Shown here: positions 13,386 to 25,932 of the stretch, piece by piece
How positions within the stretch are numbered: the first letter of the stretch is position 1
Layout of the letters: each line of letters opens with the position of its first letter
Position numbers and translations under genes: made by a program
Notes under the pieces: generated by a model
The model's database searches: none
What the model saw: only the letters and a program-made list of their open reading frames with translations
Told to the model about the DNA's origin: nothing
From: Chrysomallon squamiferum
Taxonomy: Eukaryota; Animalia; Mollusca
NCBI GenBank assembly: GCA_012295275.1
Contig: CM022675.1
Location: 13,950,001-14,014,000 of the forward strand
Length of the DNA: 64,000 nucleotides
Direction: 5' to 3'

Positions 13386-15891
13386 TGTTTCTGTTTTGGA
13401 GATAAAGGTATACTTACTTTGTTTCTTCATATTTAGTTGTTTTTTATTGTATGCCACTGTATTTATAGGTCATGAGGATGAGGTTTGTCACTCTTAGACT
13501 GTGTGACACTGAGTCGACTGAGACTGACAGTCAAATCTATGGTGGTTTAAAGAACAGTTTTTATTTTTACACAAACGTATTATATTCCATTAATGCATTT
13601 AACGTACAGAAATTAAATATCTTCTTAATTATTACTTCAAATATTTACATATATCGTGTAATTAAGAGATAAATGTAAATAATCGAAACGATAGGCAGAT
13701 CAGTCCTGCAGAGGTTATCTCCCCATGGCATTGATTGGCGATTTTTCTAAGCATCCAAGCAGAATTTCTCAGAATCATTTATTGAGAAAAATTGTTTTTG
13801 AAGTCTCCCCATATGTTCAGTCCTGAAGTCCATAGCAACTAGTTATTATGCATTTTTAGGAGCCATTAACCCTAAGACTTTTGGTAGTTGCAGGAAGAAT
13901 GAATTAGAATTTATCTGTGTTCACTACACATTTGTTAAATTTGTCAGAGTTTAAAGAGTGGCTGATCTGCCATTTTTACCATCAAATTAAATTTTGATTT
14001 ATATTTTATTATCATTTTTTAGATTGAGTCTCATATGATATGTTTGAAATTCTTAATTTTTAAAGTATTTAGACATAATATTTATTATCGCATTTTAGGG
14101 TGTTTAAAATGACACAGGAAGCCATTTAAAACAAAATCAGATATAGGTGTAAAAATCTTTAAGTAGCACATCATATCTTTCTTTACAAATGCAACTTAAT
14201 GTTTTATTCTTAAGTGTTTTAAGTAATTAGTTGTAAAATAAAAAAAAATAATTAACTGTGATGTATATATTTCTTAAAAGCTGTTGAAAGCATTTGATGT
14301 TTAACAACAATCCTCTGCAAAATACAAACTCAGCAAATCCAGAATGGTCTGGCAGGTACCCATTAGTTGTAATAAAATGTCTATATTCATGAAACAAAAG
14401 GCAATTAGAGATGCAGCTGTGATAAGTTGTATATGTGATGCAGAAATACAGCTTTAACAGCAAAACAGAAGTTACCCATCATCTGACCATTGTTGACATT
14501 TTCACTAACAAAAGGTTCAAGCAAGATTAAAAATAAATTTATGATACTAAAAAAATAATAAGGAAATGGTCATTAGTGGGTTTGTTTATTTGTCATTCTT
14601 GAAATATTACAACTAGTTGGATTCACAGAATATATTGTTTTGTTGTTTTAATTACTATGTGATCCTAACATTCTGCAAACAAAATACTAATCTATGTCTC
14701 AAGAGACAATAATCAGCAAAACCTGAAGCGTCAAGACTTGAAAGCTATCAGCGTGCTTATCTCAGCCTGGTCATAGCAACTAAACTGCATTGTAAATCAT
14801 TAAAGTATCCTTCTTTTACTTACCTCATTTTAATAGAAAAAACAATAGATAAAGAAAGTTGACATCACAACTGTTCTTCTGCTCTTGTAGTGTGCGGCTA
14901 TGTTTAGTGCAGTGAAAACTGGCAGATTTTTTAGTTTAATTAGTAAAGATTCATAAAGATATGGTTACAAAAATCCAAAAAAAAAGAAAATATGTTTTCT
15001 ACTCTAGTTTAATGTGAATGATGAATATTTACTTGAGCCTGAGGGTTTTGTGCACCAGTCCTAAAAATAAGTAAAAATTGAACTAATATCTTGTTAGATG
15101 ATTAAATGTTTGGGGGTGGCCATGTGAGAAGAGCCTACTTTTGGTCAAACTTAGATAGCTCGAGTGTTGGCTCCCAAGAACCTTGATCTGTGAAACTGAG
15201 AGTCTGGTCCTGGCTGAGTTACTGTAGAAGTTAGTAATAATTATAATAATAACCTTTGAATAATAAAATGTTGATATGTCAAAAAGCTTTATATACTCAG
15301 TCCTATGTAGTCCCAGAGTGCTATATGGTCCCAGATATAATAGAAATTAGCCTTTCGAAACTCCAAGTTCTGGAATGGTCTACCTATTGTAATACTGAAA
15401 TATAATGTTTAACAATAAACATCTGTTCAGAATATCATTATCCAAAAAGTAATGAAAATCTGTTTCCATGGTTTCTTGAAGAAATTGTCTTCCATTACAG
15501 TGTGTGTATTACCACACAGATTTGTTAAATTTCATGAGAATGTTCATTTTCAACATGTGTAACTATTAACTGCTGTTTACATAGCACAAATAAAATGTTT
15601 TACACAATAAACTCATGATGCTGGTTTCTCTTGGCTGATCCTGTTTCAACTTGCTATGGGTGCTTAATTGCACACCCTGTGTGTGAAGGAATGAAGAAAG
15701 ATTATTATTATTATTAGGAAGAATGAATTATACTTGTGCTTTCCCTCCATAGTTGAGAGTGTACTTTGATGTTCTGTGTCATGTACATTTTTTCTAAACA
15801 TACAAAGCTTATAAATTATTAGTTGATCCCCAAAATTTAAAAAAAAGTCAAAAGAAATCTAGAAGTTCTGTTTTAAATTCAGTTTTCAACA

Positions 15892-15942
<51 letters not shown>

Positions 15943-17342
15943 TCAGTTTTATTACAAACATAATAACAACCTAAGTCAGCATGAAAAACAATATTTTGGT
16001 TGAAATTTCCTTGACATTTGAAATTTCAATTTTGGTGTTTTTTTAGAGAATTTACTCTCACATGTTCACCTGGCTTCCTTATGGGATAATCTTGAATTCA
16101 GAAAAACCCAAATATGTGTGTGTGACCTAATCCAACATCACGATTTAAAAACTAGAACATACGTTGAATTGTAACTTTTAAATTTTTTTTTATTGTTATT
16201 ATGTTGTTTATAAACACATCTATAGAACCAAATGAAATAATAACAATGTATAAGGCTAAGATTTGTATTTTGCAGTTCAGCTAATATGGATGATAATTCA
16301 GAAGTCAATCCTAATCCCAGTGCTCTTGCTTTGCATGGCAACAGTACAGATCCTGGACACCATTTACAGCAGCAAGTGTCAGGTAATTAATAACACAGTA
16401 CGTCTCTACAATGTAGTTTTGATGGGTAGTTCTAAGCAGAAAAAATTATTATTTATATCCCTAACAATGAACTTTTTTAATATATTGTTTAGTGTCAATG
16501 AGTTCTATTCTGACAAAAGACAAAGTTATTACTTATTTCTGTTCCTTTTACTGGCACTTTAAAGTGTGTGCTGACAATTTTAAACTTATAATGCTGTTGG
16601 TGGAAATAAAGAATTAGTTTTGTTTGTATACACACAGTTCTCTGATTTATATTGATAATAAATAAACAGTTCTAAAAGTTACATATCCTGTTTGTTTGAC
16701 ACATGAAAACAAAAACAATATTAATTACTGTTTGATCTCTATTACGACTGTTGTAATTATTCTCGGATTTGTTTGATTTATTTTAATACTGTAAAGTAAT
16801 AATTATTTCTTAGCACCTACAAATAATCAGTTAACAATATTAAACATTTTTTTAATATAGTTATATCTAATAATAACATATTTTAATAATACTATATGCT
16901 GCCATTGTTCTGTATATAGATAAAAAGATTTTGGATAAATTCTGCTTGTGAGTTGCGGATATTTTAACTTTACTTACCATTTTACAGGCATGAACCCAGT
17001 TGTGAAACCAACGACGCCCAATCCCACAAGAAGAGTGTTGTGTATGGAAATAAAGTTAAAACTAGTAAGTCAAAAACTGAAAGTTTTCTTTTCTATCAGA
17101 CTCTGCGATCTGAACAACACACACACACAGACACACACACACATTTCTACACTAACAGATTATTAAACTATTTAAAAGTTTTTCATCATGTTTTTGATGG
17201 TGTGCATACTCCAGTGTTTTTAAGTATCATTATTATCTCCAGTAAATATTGAAATACTGCACAAAGTATCATTATTATCACCAGTAAATATTGAAATAAA
17301 ATGCAAAATATTTATAAAACAACAACAACAATCACAAAACAA

Positions 17343-17378
<36 letters not shown>

Positions 17379-17841
17379 ATTATCAAGAAACAACAACAGT
17401 GGCAGTAGGAGTAGCAGTAATTATAGTAAAGTCAATCACAAAGATATATAATAATAATGTTACACATTTGCTTTTTTATGACTAAGCTGAAGAGTAATTG
17501 TACAGATCACTCTTAATAATTCCTGTTAACTCATCAGAAACATAAATTTACTGGTTTTATTTTTGTATTATTTCAGCAAAAAAACATGGAAGAGCATCCA
17601 ATATTAAAGGTGAATTTTTTTCCTTGCACAGATTAAAACAAAATGTGCATTAATAACAAGATAATCATCTAGTTGCTTTTAAACTTATGATTGATGTTTT
17701 CATTAAATTCTGATGAATGAATATTAAAAACTTCAAATTTGATTCTTACTAAGAAATTATAATGTTAATGTTTATATAGTACAAACAATTATAAAGCCAT
17801 TTATAATAGATTTTAATATTTTTTGTCTTCTTGTGATACAG

Positions 17842-18863
17842 AGTCTGCCAAGTCAGTGATAGACTCAGTTGACACACGTCTCATTGTTGAAACAAGAGCA
17901 AAGAAAAGAGGTCTAACACTTTTGAAGAAGGATGGTGTTGTGATTGTAATAGGAGGTCCAGGCTCAGGAAAGACAACTCTTGCTTGGAGCATGATGAAAC
18001 AGATAGAAGAAGAAGAGAATAGAGAATATTATTTGCTGACTCATCACTCTGAATTCAGTGACATCGATCTGTCTCCAGGTAGAAAATGCATTTTCGTCAT
18101 TGATGACATATTTGGTAAGACTAATCTCATTTCAGATTTTATGTCGTCATGGCAACCAAAATTTTCAAAAATGTGGAGTCTTGTTCAAGATGGTTCTGTT
18201 AAATGTATTATTACCTTACGAAATGAAATATTTGCAAAAAGCAAAACCAGTTTGAAGGAATATGATCTGTTTAAAGAGAATCATCTCCTTGATCTGCAGA
18301 GTGATGACTATTGTCTGAATAAAGATGAAAAGAAGGAAATTTTAAACACTTATCTCAAACAAGAAGATGTTACAATGGGTGAAAAGGACAAAGACATTGT
18401 AATTCAAGAACTATGTACAGAGTTAGGATTCCCTCAGATGTGTGTTTTTTATGTTAAATCAAGTGATGCACAAAAAAGTGGAGTCGAGTTTTTTAGGAAA
18501 CCTGTAGAATATCTCACACAACAGCTGCAAAATATGAGAAGTGACAAATCCTTACAGATCAATTATCTGGTTCTGCTGCTGATTATGTTTAAAAAAGGGA
18601 GTCTCAGTATTGATTTGTTGAACCCATTTGAAAATGACAGTGACAGTGAAATAATGAAATTAGTAAAACAGCTAGAGCGTGTCTGTCCAAGTCTAAAAAA
18701 CACTGGTCTTGAAGACATAAATAAAGCAGCTAACCTTATGTGTGGTACCTATTTGAAGCTTAATGACAGTAAGTACACATTTATTCATCAATCAGTGTTT
18801 GATGCTTTGTTTCTGATGTTTCAGTCAGAGTTTCCAAAGAAAGCAAAAGAATTGCAATGTTGA
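17842..18863 (+). CDS. Open exon encoding a complete nSTAND3-like P-loop NTPase plus helical/winged-helix module
   Basis: Acceptor TACAG at 17841, phase 1. Walker A GGPGSGKTT, Walker B CIFVIDDIFG, sensor-1 CIITLR, GxP motif LGFPQ, and MHD-like FIHQSVFD; these match STAND/nSTAND3 hallmarks. Confidence 0.85.
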
Positions 18864-20055
18864 GACACCTGCAGTGTCTAACAAAAGTCACATTACAATG
18901 ACTTTGAGAACTGACTGCTTTTATGTGCTTGCTCACAGATTTACTGACTTGCTGCAAGTGAATGTGTTGTAATATGGAATTGACAGATCAGAAAAACAAC
19001 CTTTTGGATATTTCTTGTTTGTTTGGTGATGAAAATGTTGTGTCAACAACTGATACATCATGTATAGTTGCATTTTCAAAAACAGACAGTGTAACTATAC
19101 TCAAAGAACTATTAAAGCCTCAAAAGAAGATAAAACTGAATAATTACTCGCAGTTGTTGTATCTATCTATTGATTCATGTAATATGAATATTGACTTTTT
19201 AGAGACTGACTTTATAAATAAGGAGAAAGACAACAGCAAAATGAATGAAAAAGCTGTGAAACTGTTATTGGTGAGGCTCCATAAACAAGTAAGATATGAG
19301 TCAGATTTCATACCTTTGATGACATCACTGATTCATAAAGTTTTTGATGAGTCATCTTTTTAAATAGCTGGTTACCATTGATATAATAAACAAATTTAAA
19401 GACTGCTTTTATTGCTGCAGGTCAGAGTAATTCAAGTCTTATTAAAGAAATAGTAAAACCGAAACTAGATTGTTTAATGATGAGAACAGATATAAAGTAG
19501 TTTTAGCAGCAGCAATATGGGGTTCTGTTGACACAGTGAATTTTCTCACTGACCAGAGATGTAATGATACAAATGATAACAACTGGAAGAAAAGTCAAAA
19601 ATTGAAAGTAGCAGTGATGGTTAACAGTGCAGATGTTGTTTAGTGTCTCCTTGATAAAGGAGATGATCCTCATGCTCATGTAGCTGTTAATAGGAAATTG
19701 AATGATTAGTTTAACATTGTTGATAAAAACTGTGCTTCTAATGTCATTCAGTGGTTAACAGAGACCAGATTGCATTTTATAGGCTTCAGACCCACCTCTC
19801 CACGTTGCACATGAATTTCAGTCATCACTACAAATTTGTTAACCTGTAACTGTATAATAATTACATTATTCTAGATACACAAATATCTTTTAAAAATATT
19901 ATCTTCGTCCTTTGAAAAAACATATGTGCTCAAGCCTCTCAATATTAAAATAATTATTATTAACAGCACATCGCCAACTCAATGTCACATTCTCATAAAT
20001 ATTCATTAACATACTGCATGGCGTGTTTTTGCTTTCAGAGCAATAAAAATGATCT

Positions 20056-20166
<111 letters not shown>

Positions 20167-22369
20167 GGTTATAAAACATTATGATTATTATTTTGTATAA
20201 ATATATTCATGTAAAGAATATAATTCACAGAACAACCAGACAAAACTCACCGGCAACAGACACTTTGATTTTATTTAATTGCAAATAAAATAAATTTATT
20301 AATAGTTAATGCATTTGATGCAATTATATTTTTGACAAACAAGTAATTTAAATACTTGTACTGTTGACATTTTTTGTACCATCCCTTTGTTTAACTTGTG
20401 CCAGTTACATTGATTCCTGCCATCCCTTTCACAAATGCTGAGACCACCGAGAAAAAACCACTGTGATGTTGTAATTATTGATGTTGTTTTTACTCAAAAA
20501 TGGACCACTGAGAAAAAAACTCTGGATCTGTGATGTTGTTGTAAAATGTCAACAATGAAGGTAAAACTCCTTTTCTTACAGCTGTGAACTACAAACAGAA
20601 CAAAAAAAATGGAGTGTTGGAATTCTGTTTTACATCTTTTTAAACTAGAAAAATGGAGCTTGTGTTAAAAAACATTAAAGTAAAATAAAATAGTGTCAAC
20701 AGAACAAAATAGTTTTGTATTTACAGATCATGGAGCTGATCCTAGTTTAACAGACAAATATAAGAATTCTGTTTTACAACTGGCAGCTTGAACTTGGAAA
20801 TACAGAAACTGTGACAGCACTGATTCAAAAAAGTGTTGATGTAAATATTAAAAACAGCAGAGGTGAAACTCCACTTCTTACAGCTATATATCATTATAGA
20901 CATCCACATCATTGATTCAATAATGATAGCAAGTGGGAAATAGTTTTGTATGTAATGGAACATGGAGCTGTAACCAATTTTGCAGACAGATGTAATAATT
21001 TTTTTTACACCTAGCAGCTACTGATGGAAATATAGAAATTGTGAGAGCACTGATTGAAAAAGGTGTTGATATAAATATTAAAAACAAGGAAGGTGAAACA
21101 TCTATTCTTACAGCTGTGAAGTATGAACACAATAAACTGGTTTTGTATTTATTGGAACATGGAGCTGATATAACATATAGATATAAGAATTCTGTTTTAC
21201 AAATAACATCTAAACATGAAAATAAAGACATTGTGAAATCACTAATTGAAAAAGATTTTGATATAAATATTATAAACAGTGGAGGTGAGACTCCTCTTCT
21301 TACAGCTCTGAATTATGATTGTTGTTAGTGGCATTCATACATGAATGATGAACACTCCAAAGCAGTTTTCTGTTTCTGAAACATGGGGCTGATCCTTAAA
21401 TATAAAATTTAATAAAATACTGGTGTAAATTACTAATTTATTTTAAAATTAATATGAATATACCAAACATAGTATATCTTTCTCCTTTTTAATTCAAATA
21501 TTATTATTATTATTATTGCATATGTATCCAATTAATGTTGAAAGATTCTTTTTTTTTTTTTTTTTTGAACATTTACGTTTATTATTTTTGTTTTTCAGAA
21601 TTGTTTTTATATGTTTTTTTTCTCTTTTGCTCACTTTTATTTAATTTCATTTAGTTTAATTTTATTTCATTTTTTATACCCTTTTTTCTAACATTAATTT
21701 ACAATTAATGTAGATTAGTTGATTTAAATGATTATACGAGGGAAGTAAATGCAAATCATTTAATACAGTGGTGCATTGTACTTCAAACTATAAAGTGAAG
21801 AAACATTCAGTCTGGAGTTTGAATGATGTGTGTATGTTAAACTGCATGCACTGTAAATAACTATGAAGTTTATTTCTTTTAACTTTGTCATGAACTGAAA
21901 ACGAAACTCAGATTTTTAGTTGTTTTATTATAACATTCATAATTGTTTCATTTAAGGAATAACCACCAAATTTTGGATTGACAGAAACATTATTATTATT
22001 CATTAATTAATTATTTATTTATGTTTTATTGTAAGATTTAAGTTTAGTGTTTTTGATTATTTGTACTAATAAGAATATGAATATACGTGTGTGTTATAAT
22101 TTTTCTATAAAGAGTTATGTAAAGAATAAATGTACTAACACTACTGAAAATAAAATAAATTTTACTTACTATTTACACTTATATGAAAGTGGAATTAAAT
22201 AAGAAATGTACAAATTAAGTAGATTTCATTATTACTACTATCATTTTTTTTATACATTCTTAATGTGTGTGTGTTAGCTAAAGTGTAAATATGGTAAAAT
22301 GATTGAAAATAAACTATTTTAATCTGCAACAACATGTATTTTGATTTTTTCTAAAATTTCACAATTCAA

Positions 22370-22930
22370 CCACTGCCCAATAATTTACATAAAAGAGACC
22401 ATTTTGGGAGTTCTTGCAAAATATACCTTTCTCCTAGAATGAAGTGGAGAATTACTGCACAAGTTTTTTCTTGAAGTTTATCATTACATATTTAGGTTTG
22501 GCACATACATGTTATTGTTCTCAAATACCTACTGTTTGTTCATTGTGATTGAATATATTATTCCAGGTGAATATATTATTGAAAGGTGACTATAATATCA
22601 GATTTGATTGATTTTTGAATGCCAATGTATGAATCCAGGTGGAGTTTAAACTGCTGCTTTCATTTGGCCACTGCCCCATAACTGACATGAAACAAAGCAA
22701 ATTGGGAGTTCTCATAAAATATGTCATTCTGCTGGAATAAAATGGAGATTTACTGCACAAGTTTACTCTTAAACTTTATTATTACATATTTAGGCTTGGC
22801 TCAAATATCTTCCAATTTTAAATTATGCATTTGTCCATTGTCATAAAATGTATTATTCCAGATGAAAGATGACTGCCATATGAGATTTAACTGATTTTTC
22901 TATGCCATATCCAGGTGGACTGTTAAAACT
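22370..22930. repeat. Diverged ~300-bp tandem duplication; related sequence at ~30250 and ~51690
   Basis: CCACTGCCC..GGGAGTTCT..TACTGCACAAGTTT..TTACATATTTAGG at ~22370 and ~22668. Confidence 0.7.
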
Positions 22931-23637
22931 GCTTTTTTGGGCTATCATTCTGAAGAAGGAAAGTTTGTAACTTGTGAATCTGACTAGGTGATTTCAATGG
23001 AAAAAAGCATATATAAACCAGTTGTTAGTGAAATACAAAACAGATATTAAAAGAGAAATAACTGAAATGTTCTGAAAAAAATTTAAAAAAAATGAAAAAA
23101 ACAAGATAAAATTGTTTACTTCTTTGTAATTATTGTTTCAGTTGTTTCGGTAGATTTTTAACTAGACTAAGTTGTGAAAGAATTGAACATTTACAATTAG
23201 AATAATAAGAATTAAGAGTAAATTATTCACATTCATTCCTTCTCCCATCCTTTGTCATTTAATGTGTTTTTCTCTACCTCTCACAATGTTTCTACTTCAG
23301 AATGTTGTGCACAAAATCATAATGTATAGCCATAAATAGAACTTACACGTAGAGTACACATAGAAAAACTGCAAAGTGAAGGGTTATATTTTTACAAAAT
23401 AAATAATGTACTGCAAGACACCAGAAACATAAAGTATACTAGCATACTGTTGCCACTGATTGGTCTAATGTGTGTGTATATGTGTATATACATGCACACA
23501 AACACACACATACACATATATATATACTGACATACACGTACACATACACGTACACATACACACATGTATGTAATGTATAAGTACATTAAAAAAGTCATTG
23601 AGAAAAAATCACAGTATAAATGAATACACATTAACAC

Positions 23638-23668
<31 letters not shown>

Positions 23669-23808
23669 GATATATTGAAGAGGGCATCTACAATATCTAT
23701 ATTATTTATATGAAGATGGTAAAACAGTAAGCAATAAAATACAGTTAGAAAATACTGGTATATAAAAAGTACTGCAGTCAAATCTATAGGAAAGACTTCA
23801 ATGTGATA

Positions 23809-23859
<51 letters not shown>

Positions 23860-24210
23860 TACCCAGACAAACAGAAATACCCACACACACAGAACAAGAG
23901 AGCAATGCACAGCAGAGATGAGCGCCAGAAATTAGAATCATTAACTCCACTGATCTGTCTTTACTCTCATATCATATTTAAAATTACAACTTTAAAATAA
24001 TGGGTCCAAAAGTAAACATGTCTACACAAATAAAAATAAATTAAAAACAATTAAAACACTTCAACAATTATCTGTACATCAAGATGACAAACGTAATTTA
24101 TAGTTATTTATTTACTTCCATTAGAAAACGTTTTATGTTCAGTTAATTTTCTCGCCTAATTATTATAGTTTTCGGAGAGTTTGATGTAACATAACTATTA
24201 ATGTATGCTC

Positions 24211-24296
<86 letters not shown>

Positions 24297-24454
24297 CTTC
24301 GAATTGTAAAGAGATCGACTTATAGATAATTTTAATATAATTAATAGAATAAATAAAATTAACATTTTTATTTACCCATATTATATTTATTAAATTTTTT
24401 TTTCTTGATACGAATGCCTATAAATAAATAAATAATCATTGCATATAATCAATT

Positions 24455-24612
24455 TAATCGGGTGTAACCGGGTACAATCACGGAAGTGTACGAAATAATA
24501 ACCTCGAGGATTCTCGCGTGATTTGGAAATGCGATTAAAATGGCGTGTTGTTGTAAGATGGTGGTCGTAACGCAAAGTAAAATGAAAAGACTAGTAGGAA
24601 TTAGTTAGTTAA
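24455..24612 (+). promoter_or_regulatory. CpG promoter/exon 1, copy B
   Basis: CGGAAGTG (ETS-like) at 24481, AAAATGGCG at 24537; homologous to A1/A2. Confidence 0.55.
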
Positions 24613-25932
24613 TTTGTTTCTGTTTTGGAGGTAAAGGTATATGTAAGTTTTTCTTCATATTCAGTTTGATTTCTTAGAGTATGTCACTGTATATGTTATA
24701 TTAATTATAGGTCATGAGGGTGTGGTTTGTCACTCGGACACTGTGACCCAGAGTCGGCTGACGGTTGAGTCTGTGGTTTCGAGAAGAATTTTTACCTTTA
24801 CACATAAATATTATATACCATTAATATATCTAAAATATAAAAGTTAAACATATATTAAATTATTACTTCTAATTGTTTGCATATATTGTGTAACTAACAG
24901 ATAAATATAGAAAATCGAAACGATAGGCAGATCAGTCAATTCACTTCGTTCACAAAATCAGGAACGTAACAGTATCGTGAGTAAGCACTTTTCATGCAGA
25001 GATTATCTCTGTTATATTTATTAATTACGTGAAATTATCAGAATTTAAAGTGATTGAACTGACTTTATTTTTGTCCTCATTGAATTAAATTTTAATTTAT
25101 TTTTTAATTTTGGTGGTTTTCTTAAGTTAACGATTCACGTGACATTTTAGTCGTAATATTTATTTTTAAGTTGATTAAAACGGAACAAAAACTGAAACAG
25201 ATGTAAAAATCTTTAAACAGCACACCATAACTTTTTTTTATAAAATGTACCTTAATTTAAGTATTTTAAATAATTACATGTAACTTGTTAAGATTTTAAA
25301 ATACTGTCTTGATATTCATATTGTCTATTTTTTTTCTTCTTTTGGTTTTTAAAACTTTTAGCTGTGCGATAATATACAATTCAGAAAAGAAAAGTGTATG
25401 TGTGTGTGTGTGTATTTAACAGAACCTAATATCACAATTTAAAAAACTAGAATTTTTTTTTTCTTTTAAACATATTAAAAAGTGGTGTCTTTTTGTTGCA
25501 GTACTAGAAGTTATTGAATAAGTATTTCTTTTCTCAGTTTTCGATTTTGTTGAAAAATTAAAGTTGGTTTAATCAACTGGTTTTTAAATGTACCTGTAAA
25601 AATGTGTATTTAATATAACCATGCAGATACATCAATCAGGTAAAAATATAGTTCTGTTGTGAAATACACTGTGTGTTTTTGTAAATACTTGTTAGACATG
25701 CTGTGAGTATTTTTGTTTTTGTTCCTTGTTTTTATGTTTTGTAAACTGTACCATTGCCAGTAAAATTAAAGAATAGATAAAGAAATGAAAAGAACTAGAT
25801 GATTAATTAAAACTTATAAGGGTTTTTTTTTTTTTTTTTTTGTTAATAAATATATCAATAGAAGCGAATGTAATATTAACAATCTGTAAGGCTAAGATTT
25901 GTATTAAAACTGATATTAACATTTCAGCCAAT

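Larger units (their letters stand above)
11068..13575. repeat. Tandem ~1.25-kb duplication of the promoter/exon 1 region of NLR-like copy A (11068-12326 and 12326-13575)
   Basis: Both units begin AACTGAA(G/A)AATACATTTTGAGAATCAAAACGAAC and end TTATTTTTACACAAA, with high identity throughout. Confidence 0.92.

Noticed and set aside
17823-18863. Bacterial Avs/antiphage STAND gene, contamination or recent horizontal transfer
   Set aside because: It sits in GT-AG exon structure with eukaryotic promoter motifs and microsatellites, and is duplicated with host introns.
22125-22130. AATAAA polyadenylation signal conserved in copies A, B and E
   Set aside because: Plausible, but AATAAA is ubiquitous in this AT-rich DNA and cannot be called without transcripts.
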